Shown here piece by piece: positions 1-16,000 of a stretch of DNA of 64,000 nt. Where the stretch lies: positions 496,001-560,000 of the forward strand of contig CAXIUT010000183.1 in assembly GCA_964035545.1 (NCBI GenBank). Direction: 5' to 3'. This DNA is from Bugula neritina. Taxonomy: Eukaryota > Animalia > Bryozoa. A program made the position numbers and the translations under genes. The notes below the pieces were generated by a model that saw nothing but the letters and a program-made list of their open reading frames with translations, was not told the DNA's origin and did not search any database. Positions within the stretch are counted from its first letter, which is position 1; the number at the start of each line of letters is the position of its first letter.

Positions 1-220
1 GGTAAACTACTGAAATATACTGTAACACACTGAAAAATACTGCAACATACTGAAATATACTGCGACACATTGCAATATACTGCAACATACCAAAATATAT
101 GGTAAACTACTGAAATATACTTTAACACATTGAAAATTACTGCAACATACTGAAATATACTGTAACACACTGAAATATACTGCAACAAACTGAAATACAC
201 TGTAACATATTGAAATAAAC

Positions 221-750
221 TGCAACATACCAAAATATATGGTAAACTACTGAAATATACTTTAACACATTGAAAAATACTGCAACATACTAAAATATAC
301 CGTAACACACTGCAAGATACTGCAACATACCGAAATACACTGTAACATACTGAAACACACTGCAACATACTGCATTATACTGACATACACTGGAACATAT
401 TGAAATACACTGCAACACAATGAAATATACTGCAACATACCAAAATATATGGTAAACTACTGAAATATACTTTAACACATTGAAAAATACTGCAACATAC
501 TAAAATATACCGTAACACACTGCAAGATACTGCAACATACCGAAATACACTGTAACATACTGAAACACACTGCAACATACTGCATTATACTGACATACAC
601 TGGAACATATTGAAATACACTGCAACACAATGAAATATACTGCAACATACCGAAATACACTGTAACATACTGAAACACACTGCAACATACTGCATTATAC
701 TGACATACACTGGAACATATTGAAATACACTGCAACACAATGAAATATAC
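221..750. repeat. Nested local tandem duplications: 210 bp x2 (221-640) overlapping 110 bp x2 (531-750)
   Basis: The marker tgcattatac-tgacatacac-tggaac occurs at 371, 581 and 691, i.e. spacings of 210 and 110. Confidence 0.92.
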
Positions 751-2432
751 TGCAACATACCAAAATATATGGTAAACTACTGAAATATACTTTAACACAT
801 TGAAAAATACTGCAACATACTGAAATATACTGTAACACACTGAAATATACTGCAACATACTGAAATACACTGTAACATACTGAAATAAACAGTAACATAC
901 TGAAATACACTGCAACATCCTACAACATACTGAAAAACACTGTAACATTGTGAAATACACTGCAACACATTGAAAAATACTGCAACATACCGAAATATAC
1001 GGTAAACTATTGAATTATACTGTAACACATTGAAAAATACTGAAACACACTGAAATATACTCTGACACAATGCAATATACTGTAACATACTGAAATATGC
1101 TGTAGCACACTGAAATACACTGCAACTCACTGAAATATACTACAACATACTGAAAAACACTGTAACATATTGAAACATACTGCAACATACTACAACATAT
1201 TGAAAGACACTGCAACACATTGAAATATACTGCAACATACCTAAATATCCGGTAATATACTGAAATATACTGTAACACATTGAAAAATACTACAACATAC
1301 TGAAATACACTGTAACATGTTGAAATACACTGCAACACATTGAAATATACTGCAACCTATAGAAATATATGGTAAACTACTGAAATATACTGTAACACAT
1401 TGAAAAATACTGCAACATACTGAAACATACTGCGACACATTGCAATATACAGTAACATACTGAAACATGCTGTAGCACACTGAAATAGACTGCAGATCAC
1501 TGAAATATACTGCAACATACTGAAATACACTGCTACATACTGAAATATACTGCAACATACTGCAACATACTGAAATACACTGTAACATACTGAAATACAC
1601 TGCAACAAACTACAACATATTGAAATACACTTCAACACATTGAAATATACTGCAACATACCTAAATATACGGTAATATACCGAAAAAAAAACTGTAACAG
1701 ATTGAAAAAATCTGCAACATACTGAAATATACTGTAACACACTGAAATATACTGCAACATACTGAAATACACTGTAACATATTGAAACACACTGCAACAA
1801 ACTACAACATATTGAAATACACTGCAACGCATTGAAAGACACTGCAACACATTGAAATATACTGCAATATACCAATATATATGGTAAACTGCTGAAATAT
1901 ACTTTAACACATTGAAAAATACTGCAACATACTGAAATATACTGTAACACACTGAAATATACTGCAACATACTGCAACAATCTGAAATACACTGTAACAT
2001 ACTGAAATACACTCCAACAAACTACAACATATTGAAATACACTGCAACACATTGAAATATACTGCAACATACCTAAATATACGGTAATATACTGAAATAT
2101 ACTGTAACACATTGAAAATTACTGCAACATACTGAAATATACTGCGACACTTTGCAATGTACTGTAACATACTGAAACATGCTGTAGCACACTGAAATAC
2201 ACTGCAACTCACTGAAATATACTGCAACATATTGAAATACACTGCAACATCCTACAACATGCTAAAATACACGGTAACATATTGAAATACAGTACAACAC
2301 GTTGAAATATACTGCAACATACCGGAATATATGGTAAAGTACTGAAATATACTGTAACACACTGAAAAATACTGCAACATACTGAAATATACTGCGACAC
2401 ATTGCAATATACTGCAACATACCAAAATATAT

Positions 2433-2992
2433 GGTAAACTACTGAAATATACTTTAACACATTGAAAAATACTGCAACATACTGAAATATACTGTAACAC
2501 ACTGAAATATACTGCAACATACTGAAATACACTGTAACATACTGAAATAAACTGCAACATACCAAAATATATGGTAAACTACTGAAATATACTTTAACAC
2601 ATTGAAAATTCCTGCAACATACTAAAACATACTGTAACACACTGCAAGATACTGCAACATACTGAAATACACTGAAACATACTGAAATAAACTGCAACAT
2701 ACCAAAATATATGGTAAACTACTGAAATATACTGTAACACACTGAAAATTACTGCAGCATACTGAAATATACTGTAACACACTGAAATATACTGCAACAA
2801 ACTGAAATACACTGTAACATATTGAAATAAACTGCAACATACCAAAATATATGGTAAACTACTGAAATATACTTTAACACATTGAAAAATACTGCAACAT
2901 ACTAAAATATACCGTAACACACTGCAAGATACTGCAACATACCGAAATACACTGTAACATACTGAAACACACTGCAACATACTGCATTATAC
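2433..2992. repeat. Run of 140-bp sub-units (shortened derivatives of the 250-bp unit)
   Basis: The ggtaaact landmark is at 2433, 2573, 2713 and 2853. The last three are each preceded by tgaaataaactgcaacataccaaaatatat. Confidence 0.85.
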
Positions 2993-4171
2993 TGACATAC
3001 ACTGGAACATATTGAAATACACTGCAACACAATGAAATATACTGCAACATACCAAAATATATGGTAAACTACTGAAATATACTTTAACACATTGAAAAAT
3101 ACTGCAACATACTGAAATATACTGTAACACACTGAAATATACTGCAACATACTGAAATACACTGTAACATACTGAAATAAACAGTAACATACTGAAATAC
3201 ACTGCAACATCCTACAACATACTGAATTACACTGTAACATTGTGAAATACACTGCAACACATTGAAAAATACTGCAACATACCGAAATATACGGTAAACT
3301 ATTGAATTATACTGTAACACATTGAAAAATACTGAAACACACTGAAATATACTCTGACACAATGCAATATACTGTAACATACTGAAATATGCTGTAGCAC
3401 ACTGAAATACACTGCAACTCACTGAAATATACTACAACATACTGAAAAACACTGTAACATATTGAAACATACTGCAACATACTACAACATATTGAAAGAC
3501 ACTGCAACACATTGAAATATACTGCAACATACCTAAACATCCGGTAATATACTGAAATATACTGTAACACATTGAAAAATACTACAACATACTGAAATAC
3601 ACTGTAACATATTGAAATACACTGCAACATACCAAAATATATGGTAAACTATTGAAATATACTTTAACACATTGAAAAATACTGCAACATACTAAAATAT
3701 ACCGTAACACACTGCAAGATACTGCAACATACCGAAATACACTGTAACATACTGAAACACACTGCAACATACTGCATTATACTGACATACACTGGAACAT
3801 ATTGAAATACACTGCAACACAATGAAATATACTGCAACATACCAAAATATATGGTAAACTACTGAAATATACTTTAACACATTGAAAAATACTGCAACAT
3901 ACTAAAATAGACCGTAACACACTGCAAGATACTGCAACATACCGAAATACACTGTAACATACTGAAACACACTGCAACATACTGCATTATACTGACATAC
4001 ACTGGAACATATTGAAATACACTGCAACACAATGAAATATACTGCAACATACCGAAATACACTGTAACATACTGAAACACACTGCAACATACTGCATTAT
4101 ACTGACATACACTGGAACATATTGAAATACACTGCAACACAATGAAATATACTGCAACATACCAAAATATA

Positions 4172-7100
4172 TGGTAAACTACTGAAATATACTTTAACAC
4201 ATTGAAAAATACTGCAACATACTGAAATATACTGTAACACACTGAAATATACTGCAACATACTGAAATACACTGTAACATACTGAAATAAACAGTAACAT
4301 ACTGAAATACACCGCAACATCCTACAACATACTGAATTACACTGTAACATTGTGAAATACACTGCAACACATTGAAAAATACTGCAACATACCGAAATAT
4401 ACGGTAAACTATTGAATTATACTGTAACACATTGAAAAATACTGAAACACACTGAAATATACTCTGACACAATGCAATATACTGTAACATACTGAAATAT
4501 GCTGTAGCACACTGAAATACACTGCAACTCACTGAAATATACTACAACATACTGAAAAACACTGTAACATATTGAAACATACTGCAACATACTACAACAT
4601 ATTGAAAGACACTGCAACACATTGAAATATACTGCAACATACCTAAATATCCGGTAATATACTGAAATATACTGTAACACATTGAAAAATACTACAACAT
4701 ACTGAAATACACTGTAACATGTTGAAATACACTGCAACACATTGAAATATACTGCAACCTATAGAAATATATGGTAAACTACTGAAATATACTGTAACAC
4801 ATTGAAAAATACTGCAACATACTGAAACATACTGCGACACATTGCAATATACAGTAACATACTGAAACATGCTGTAGCACACTGAAATAGACTGCAGCTC
4901 ACTGAAATATACTGCAACATACTGAAATACACTGCTACATACTGAAATATACTGCAACATACTGCAACATACTGAAATACACTGTAACATACTGAAATAC
5001 ACTGCAACAAACTACAACATATTGAAATACACTGCAACACATTGAAATATACTGCAACATACCTAAATATACGGTAATATACCGAAAAAAAAACTGTAAC
5101 AGATTGAAAAAATCTGCAACATACTGAAATATACTGTAACACACTGAAATATACTGCAACATACTGAAATACACTGTAACATATTGAAACACACTGCAAC
5201 AAACTACAACATATTGAAATACACTGCAACGCATTGAAAGACACTGCAACACATTGAAATATACTGCAATATACCAATATATATGGTAAACTGCTGAAAT
5301 ATACTTTAACACATTGAAAAATACTGCAACATACTGAAATCTACTGTAACACACTGAAATATACTGCAACATACTGCAACAATCTGAAATACACTGTAAC
5401 ATACTGAAATACACTCCAACAAACTACAACCTATTGAAATACACTGCAACACATTGAAATATACTGCAACATACCTAAATATACGGTAATATACTGAAAT
5501 ATACTGTAACACATTGAAAATTACTGCAACATACTGAAATATACTGCGACACTTTGCAATGTACTGTAACATACTGAAACATGCTGTAGCACACTGAAAT
5601 ACACTGCAACTCACTGAAATATACTGCAACATATTGAAATACACTGCAACATCCTACAACATGCTAAAATACACGGTAACATATTGAAATACAGTACAAC
5701 ACGTTGAAATATACTGCAACATACCGGAATATATGGTAAAGTACTGAAATATACTGTAACACACTGAAAAATACTGCAACATACTGAAATATACTGCGAC
5801 ACATTGCAACATACTGCAACATACCAAAATATATGGTAAACTACTGAAATATACTTTAACACATTGAAAAATACTGCAACATACTGAAATATACTGTAAC
5901 ACACTGAAATATACTGCAACATACTGAAATACACTGTAACATACTGAAATAAACTGCAACATACCAAAATATATGGTAAACTACTGAAATATACTTTAAC
6001 ACATTGAAAAATCCTGCAACATACTAAAACATACTGTAACACACTGCAAGATACTGCAACATACTGAAATACACTGAAACATACTGAAATAAACTGCAAC
6101 ATACCAAAATATATGGTAAACTACTGAAATATACTGTAACACACTGAAAATTACTGTAGCATACTGAAATATACTGTAACACACTGAAATATACTGCAAC
6201 AAACTGAAATACACTGTAACATATTGAAATAAACTGCAACATACCAAAATATATGGTAAACTACTGAAATATACTTTAACACATTGAAAAATACTGCAAC
6301 ATACTAAAATATACCGTAACACACTGCAAGATACTGCAACATACCGAAATACACTGTAACATACTGAAACACACTGCAACATACTGCATTATACTGACAT
6401 ACACTGGAACATATTGAAATACACTGCAACACAATGAAATATACTGCAACATACCAAAATATATGGTAAACTACTGAAATATACTTTAACACATTGAAAA
6501 ATACTGCAACATACTGAAATATACTGTAACACACTGAAATATACTGCAACATACTGAAATACACTGTAACATACTGAAATAAACAGTAACATACTGAAAT
6601 ACACTGCAACATCCTACAACATACTGAATTACACTGTAACATTGTGAAATACACTGCAACACATTGAAAAATACTGCAACATACCGAAATATACGGTAAA
6701 CTATTGAATTATACTGTAACACATTGAAAAATACTGAAACACACTGAAATATACTCTGACACAATGCAATATACTGTAACATACTGAAATATGCTGTAGC
6801 ACACTGAAATACACTGCAACTCACTGAAATATACTACAACATACTGAAAAACACTGTAACATATTGAAACATACTGCAACATACTACAACATATTGAAAG
6901 ACACTGCAACACATTGAAATATACTGCAACATACCTAAACATCCGGTAATATACTGAAATATACTGTAACACATTGAAAAATACTACAACATACTGAAAT
7001 ACACTGTAACATATTGAAATACACTGCAACACATTGAAATATACTGCAACCTATAGAAATATATGGTAAACTACTGAAATATACTGTAACACATTGAAAA

Positions 7101-10100
7101 ATACTGCAACATACTGAAACATACTGCGACACATTGCAATATACAGTAACATACTGAAACATGCTGTAGCACACTGAAATAGACTGCAGCTCACTGAAAT
7201 ATACTGCAACATACTGAAATACACTGCTACATACTGAAATATACTGCAACATACTGCAACATACTGAAATACACTGTAACATACTGAAATACACTGCAAC
7301 AAACTACAACATATTGAAATACACTGCAACACATTGAAATATACTGCAACATACCTAAATATACGGTAATATACCGAAAAAAAAACTGTAACAGATTGAA
7401 AAATTCTGCAACATACTGAAATAAACTGCAACACACTGAAATACAGCGCAAAATACTACAACATACTGAAATACACTGTAACATATTGAAATACACTGCA
7501 ACACTTTGAAATATACTGCAACATACCGAAATATATGGTAAACTACCAAAATATACTGTAACATTTTGAAAAATAGTGCAACACACTGAAATATACTCTG
7601 ACACATTGCAATATACTGTAACATACTGAAATATGCTGTAGCACACTGAAATACATTGCAACTCACTGAAATACACTGCAACATACTGAAATACACTGTA
7701 ACATATTGAAAAATACTGCAACATACTGCAACATACTGAAATACACTGCAACATATTGAAAGACACTGCAAGACAATGAAATATACTGCAACATACTGAA
7801 ATATACTGTAACACACTGAAATATACTGCAACATACTGAAATACACTGCTACATACTGAAATATACTGCAACATACTGCAACATACTGAAATACACTGTA
7901 ACATACTGAAATACACTGCAACAAACTACAACATATTGAAATACACTGCAACACATTGAAATATACTGCAACATACCTAAATATACGGTAATATAGCGGA
8001 AAAAAACTGTAACAGATTGACAAATTCTGCAACATACTGAAATATACTGCGACACATTGCAATATACTGTAACATACTGAAATATGCTCTAGCACACTGA
8101 AATACACTGCAACCCACTGAAATATACTGCAACATACGGAAATACACTGCAACACATTGAAATACACTGCAACATACCAAAATAAATGGTAAACTACTGA
8201 AATATACTTTAACACATTGAAAAATACTGCAACATACTGAAGTATACTGTAACACACTGAAATATACTGCAACATACTGAAATACACTGTAACATACTGA
8301 AATAAACAGTAACATACTGAAATACACTGCAACATCCTACAACATACTGAATTACACTGTAACATTGTGAAATACACTGCAACACATTGAAAAATACTGC
8401 AACATACCGAAATATACGGTAAACTATTGAATTATACTGTAACACATTGAAAAATACTGAAACACACTGAAATATACTCTGACACAATGCAATATACTGT
8501 AACATACTGAAATATGCTGTAGCACACTGAAATACACTGCAACTCACTGAAATATACTACAACATACTGAAAAACACTGTAACATATTGAAACATACTGC
8601 AACATACTACAACATATTGAAAGACACTGCAACACATTGAAATATACTGCAACATACCTAAATATCCGGTAATATACTGAAATATACTGTAACACATTGA
8701 AAAATACTGCAACATACTGAAACATACTGCGACACATTGCAATATACAGTAACATACTGAAACATGCTGTAGCACACTGAAATAGACTGCAGCTCACTGA
8801 AATATACTGCAACATACTGAAATACACTGCTACATACTGAAATATACTGCAACATACTGCAACATACTGAAATACACTGTAACATACTGAAATACACTGC
8901 AACAAACTACAACATATTGAAATACACTGCAACACATTGAAATATACTGCAACATACCTAAATATACGGTAATATACCGAAAAAAAAACTGTAACAGATT
9001 GAAAAAACCTGCAACATACTGAAATATACTGTAACACACTGAAATATACTGCAACATACTGAAATACACTGTAACATATTGAAACACACTGCAACAAACT
9101 ACAACATATTGAAATACACTGCAACGCATTGAAAGACACTGCAACACATTGAAATATACTGCAATATACCAATATATATGGTAAACTGCTGAAATATACT
9201 TTAACACATTGAAAAATACTGCAACATACTGAAATATACTGTAACACACTGAAATATACTGCAACATACTGCAACAATCTGAAATACACTGTAACATACT
9301 GAAATACACTCCAACAAACTACAACATATTGAAATACACTGCAACACATTGAAATATACTGCAACATACCTAAATATACGGTAATATACTGAAATATACT
9401 GTAACACATTGAAAATTACTGCAACATACTGAAATATACTGCGACACTTTGCAATGTACTGTAACATACTGAAACATGCTGTAGCACACTGAAATACACT
9501 GCAACTCACTGAAATATACTGCAACATTTTGAAATACACTGCAACATCCTACAACATGCTAAAATACACGGTAACATATTGAAATACAGTACAACACGTT
9601 GAAATATACTGCAACATACCGGAATATATGGTAAAGTACTGAAATATACTGTAACACACTGAAAAATACTGCAACATACTGAAATATACTGCGACACATT
9701 GCAATATACTGCAACATACCAAAATATATGGTAAACTACTGAAATATACTTTAACACATTGAAAAATACTGCAACATACTGAAATATACTGTAACACACT
9801 GAAATATACTGCAACATACTGAAATACACTGTAACATACTGAAATAAACTGCAACATACCAAAATATATGGTAAACTACTGATATATACTTTAACACATT
9901 GAAAAATCCTGCAACATACTAAAACATACTGTAACACACTGCAAGATACTGCAACATACTGAAATACACTGAAACATACTGAAATAAACTGCAACATACC
10001 AAAATATATGGTAAACTACTGAAATATACTGTAACACACTGAAAATTACTGCAACATACTGAAATATACTGTAACACACTGAAATATACTGCAACAAACT

Positions 10101-12191
10101 GAAATACACTGTAACATATTGAAATAAACTGCAACATACCAAAATATATGGTAAACTACTGAAATATACTTTAACACATTGAAAAATACTGCAACATACT
10201 AAAATATACCGTAACACACTGCAAGATACTGCAACATACCGAAATACACTGTAACATACTGAAACACACTGCAACATACTGCATTATACTGACATACACT
10301 GGAACATATTGAAATACACTGCAACACAATGAAATATACTGCAACATACCAAAATATATGGTAAACTACTGAAATATACTTTAACACATTGAAAAATACT
10401 GCAACATACTGAAATATACTGTAACACACTGAAATATACTGCAACATACTGAAATACACTGTAACATACTGAAATAAACAGTAACATACTGAAATACACT
10501 GCAACATCCTACAACATACTGAATTACACTGTAACATTGTGAAATACACTGCAACACATTGAAAAATACTGCAACATACCGAAATATACGGTAAACTATT
10601 GAATTATACTGTAACACATTGAAAAATACTGAAACACACTGAAATATACTCTGACACAATGCAATATACTGTAACATACTGAAATATGCTGTAGCACACT
10701 GAAATACACTGCAACTCACTGAAATATACTACAACATACTGAAAAACACTGTAACATATTGAAACATACTGCAACATACTACAACATATTGAAAGACACT
10801 GCAACACTTTGAAATATACTGCAACATACCTAAACATCCGGTAATATACTGAAATATACTGTAACACATTGAAAAATACTACAACATACTGAAATACACT
10901 GTAACATATTGAAATACACTGCAACACATTGAAATATACTGCAACCTATAGAAATATATGGTAAACTACTGAAATATACTGTAACACATTGAAAAATACT
11001 GCAACATACTAAAACATACTGCGACACATTGCAATATACAGTAACATACTGAAACATGCTGTAGCACACTGAAATAGACTGCAGCTCACTGAAATATACT
11101 GCAACATACTGAAATACACTGCTACATACTGAAATATACTGCAACATACTGCAACATACTGAAATACACTGTAACATACTGAAATACACTGCAACAAACT
11201 ACAACATATTGAAATACACTGCAACACATTGAAATATACTGCAACATACCTAAATATACGGTAATATACCGAAAAAAAAACTGTAACAGATTGAAAAATT
11301 CTGCAACATACTGAAATAAACTGCAACACACTGAAATACAGCGCAAAATACTACAACATACTGAAATACACTGTAACATATTGAAATACACTGCAACACT
11401 TTGAAATATACTGCAACATACCGAAATATATGGTAAACTACCAAAATATACTGTAACATTTTGAAAAATAGTGCAACACACTGAAATATACTCTGACACA
11501 TTGCAATATACTGTAACATACTGAAATATGCTGTAGCACACTGAAATACATTGCAACTCACTGAAATACACTGCAACATACTGAAATACACTGTAACATA
11601 TTGAAAAATACTGCAACATACTGCAACATACTGAAATACACTGCAACATATCGAAAGACACTGCAAGACAATGAAATATACTGCAACATACTGAAATATA
11701 CTGTAACACACTGAAATATACTGCAACATACTGAAATACACTGCTACATACTGAAATATACTGCAACATACTGCAACATACTGAAATACAATGTAACACA
11801 CTGAAATACACTGCAACAAACTACAACATATTGAAATACACTGCAACACATTGAAATATACTGCAACATACCTAAATATACGGTAATATAGCGGAAAAAA
11901 ACTGTAACAGATTGAAAAATTCTGCAACATACTGAAATATACTGCGACACATTGCAATATACTGTAACATACTGAAATATGCTCTAGCACACTGAAATAC
12001 ACTGCAACCCACTGAAATATACTGCAACATACGGAAATACACTGCAACACATTGAAATACACTGCAACATACCAAAATAAATGGTAAACTACTGAAATAT
12101 ACTTTAACACATTGAAAAATACTGCAACATACTGAAGTATACTGTAACACACTGAAATATACTGCAACATACTGAAATACACTGTAACATA
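4172..12191. repeat. Tandem macro-duplication, offset 4015 then 3895 bp (120-bp deletion in the second copy near 8700)
   Basis: ORF offsets are 4015 for 4194/8209, and 3895 for 4935/8830, 5306/9201, 6304/10199, 7227/11122 and 7977/11872. Confidence 0.88.
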
Positions 12192-13069
12192 TTGAAACAC
12201 ACTGCAACAAACTACAACATATTGAAATACACTGCAACGCATTGAAAGACACTGCAACACATTGAAATATACTGCAATATACCAATATATATGGTAAACT
12301 GCTGAAATATACTTTAACACATTGAAAAATACTGCAACATACTGAAATATACTGTAACACACTGAAATATACTGCAACATACTGCAACAATCTGAAATAC
12401 ACTGTAACATACTGAAATACACTGCAACAAACTACAACATATTGAAATACACTGCAACACATTGAAATATACTGCAACATACCTAAATATACGGTAATAT
12501 ACCGAAAAAAAAACTGTAACAGATTGAAAAATTCTGCAACATACTGAAATAAACTGCTACACACTGAAATACACCGCAAAATACTACAACATACTGAAAT
12601 ACACTGTAACATATTGAAATACACTGCAACACTTTGAAATATACTGCAACATACCGAAATATATGTTAAACTACTAAAATATACTGTAACACTTTGAAAA
12701 ACAGTGCAACATACTGAAATATACTGCGACACTTTGCGATGTACTGTATCATACTGAAATATGCTGTAGCACACTGAAATACACTGCAACTCACTGAAAT
12801 ATACTGCAACATATTGAAATACACTGCAACATCCTACAACATGCTAAAATACACGGTAACATATTGAAATACAGTACAACACGTTGAAATATACTGCAAC
12901 ATACCGGAATATATGGTAAAGTACTGAAATATACTGTAACACACTGAAAAATACTGCAACATACTGAAATATACTGCGACACATTGCAATATACTGCAAC
13001 ATACCAAAATATATGGTAAACTACTGAAATATACTTTAACACATTGAAAAATACTGCAACATAATGAAA

Positions 13070-16000
13070 TATACTGTAACACATTGAAAAATACTACAAC
13101 ATACTGAAATACACTGTAACATATTGAAATACACTGCAACACATTGAAATATACTGCAACCTATAGAAATATATGGTAAACTACTGAAATATACTGTAAC
13201 ACATTGAAAAATACTGCAACATACTGAAACATACTGCGACACATTGCAATATACAGTAACATACTGAAACATGCTGTAGCACACTGAAATAGACTGCAGC
13301 TCACTGAAATATACTGCAACATACTGAAATACACTGCTACATACTGAAATATACTGCAACATACTGCAACATACTGAAATACACTGTAACATACTGAAAT
13401 ACACTGCAACAAACTACAACATATTGAAATACACTGCAACACATTGAAATATACTGCAACATACCTAAATATACGGTAATATACCGAAAAAAAAACTGTA
13501 ACAGATTGAAAAATTCTGCAACATACTGAAATAAACTGCAACACACTGAAATACAGCGCAAAATACTACAACATACTGAAATACACTGTAACATATTGAA
13601 ATACACTGCAACACTTTGAAATATACTGCAACATACCGAAATATATGGTAAACTACCAAAATATACTGTAACATTTTGAAAAATAGTGCAACACACTGAA
13701 ATATACTCTGACACATTGCAATATACTGTAACATACTGAAATATGCTGTAGCACACTGAAATACATTGCAACTCACTGAAATACACTGCAACATACTGAA
13801 ATACACTGTAACATATTGAAAAATACTGCAACATACTGCAACATACTGAAATACACTGCAACATATTGAAAGACACTGCAAGACAATGAAATATACTGCA
13901 ACATACTGAAATATACTGTAACACACTGAAATATACTGCAACATACTGAAATACACTGCTACATACTGAAATATACTGCAACATACTGCAACATACTGAA
14001 ATACACTGTAACATACTGAAATACACTGCAACAAACTACAACATATTGAAATACACTGCAACACATTGAAATATACTGCAACATACCTAAATATACGGTA
14101 ATATAGCGGAAAAAAACTGTAACAGATTGACAAATTCTGCAACATACTGAAATATACTGCGACACATTGCAATATACTGTAACATACTGAAATATGCTCT
14201 AGCACACTGAAATACACTGCAACCCACTGAAATATACTGCAACATACGGAAATACACTGCAACACATTGAAATACACTGCAACATACCAAAATAAATGGT
14301 AAACTACTGAAATATACTTTAACACATTGAAAAATACTGCAACATACTGAAGTATACTGTAACACACTGAAATATACTGCAACATACTGAAATACACTGT
14401 AACATACTGAAATAAACAGTAACATACTGAAATACACTGCAACATCCTACAACATACTGAATTACACTGTAACATTGTGAAATACACTGCAACACATTGA
14501 AAAATACTGCAACATACCGAAATATACGGTAAACTATTGAATTATACTGTAACACATTGAAAAATACTGAAACACACTGAAATATACTCTGACACAATGC
14601 AATATACTGTAACATACTGAAATATGCTGTAGCACACTGAAATACACTGCAACTCACTGAAATATACTACAACATACTGAAAAACACTGTAACATATTGA
14701 AACATACTGCAACCTACTACAACATATTGAAAGACACTGCAACACATTGAAATATACTGCAACATACCTAAATATCCGGTAATATACTGAAATATACTGT
14801 AACACATTGAAAAATACTACAACATACTGAAATACACTGTAACATGTTGAAATACACTGCAACACATTGAAATATACTGCAACCTATAGAAATATATGGT
14901 AAACTACTGAAATATACTGTAACACATTGAAAAATACTGCAACATACTGAAACATACTGCGACACATTGCAATATACAGTAACATACTGAAACATGCTGT
15001 AGCACACTGAAATAGACTGCAGCTCACTGAAATATACTGCAACATACTGAAATACACTGCTACATACTGAAATATACTGCAACATACTGCAACACATTGA
15101 AATATACTGCAATATACCAATATATATGGTAAACTGCTGAAATATACTTTAACACATTGAAAAATACTGCAACATAATGAAATATACTGTAACACACTGA
15201 AATATACTGCAACATACTGAAATACACTGTAACATACTGAAATAAACTGCAACATACCAAAATATATGGTAAACTACTGAAATATACTTTAACACATTGA
15301 AAAATCCTGCAACATACTAAAATATACTGTAACACACTGCAAGATACTGCAACATACTGAAATACACTGAAACATACTGAAATAAACTGCAACATACCAA
15401 AATACATGGTAAACTACTGAAATATACTGTAACACACTGAAAAATACTGCAACATACTGAAATATACTGCGACACATTGCAATATACTGCAACATACCAA
15501 AATATATGGTAAACTACTGAAATATACTTTAACACATTGAAAATTACTGCAACATACTGAAATATACTGTAACACACTGAAATATACTGCAACAAACTGA
15601 AATACACTGTAACATATTGAAATAAACTGCAACATACCAAAATATATGGTAAACTACTGAAATATACTTTAACACATTGAAAAATACTGCAACATACTAA
15701 AATATACCGTAACACACTGCAAGATACTGCAACATACCGAAATACACTGTAACATACTGAAACACACTGCAACATACTGCATTATACTGACATACACTGG
15801 AACATATTGAAATACACTGCAACACAATGAAATATACTGCAACATACCGAAATACACTGTAACATACTGAAACACACTGCAACATACTGCATTATACTGA
15901 CATACACTGGAACATATTGAAATACACTGCAACACAATGAAATATACTGCAACATACCAAAATATATGGTAAACTACTGAAATATACTTTAACACATTGA

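Larger units (their letters stand above)
220..7031. repeat. Tandem macro-duplication, period 3402 bp (2 copies)
   Basis: Near-identical ORF translations are offset by 3402 (290/3692, 792/4194, 1904/5306, 2209/5611, 3307/6709). The A9 marker is at 1683 and 5085. Confidence 0.92.

Noticed and set aside
69-76. Short palindromes (attgcaat, agtatact) and forkhead-like GTAAAC motifs as regulatory sites
   Set aside because: They are 8 bp or shorter, expected from the repeat's composition, and have no gene context.
1681-1691. A7-A9 tracts as retroelement poly(A) tails or terminators
   Set aside because: They align to the aaatata part of an A-type decamer (T-to-A changes plus slippage). There is no target-site duplication, element body or hairpin.
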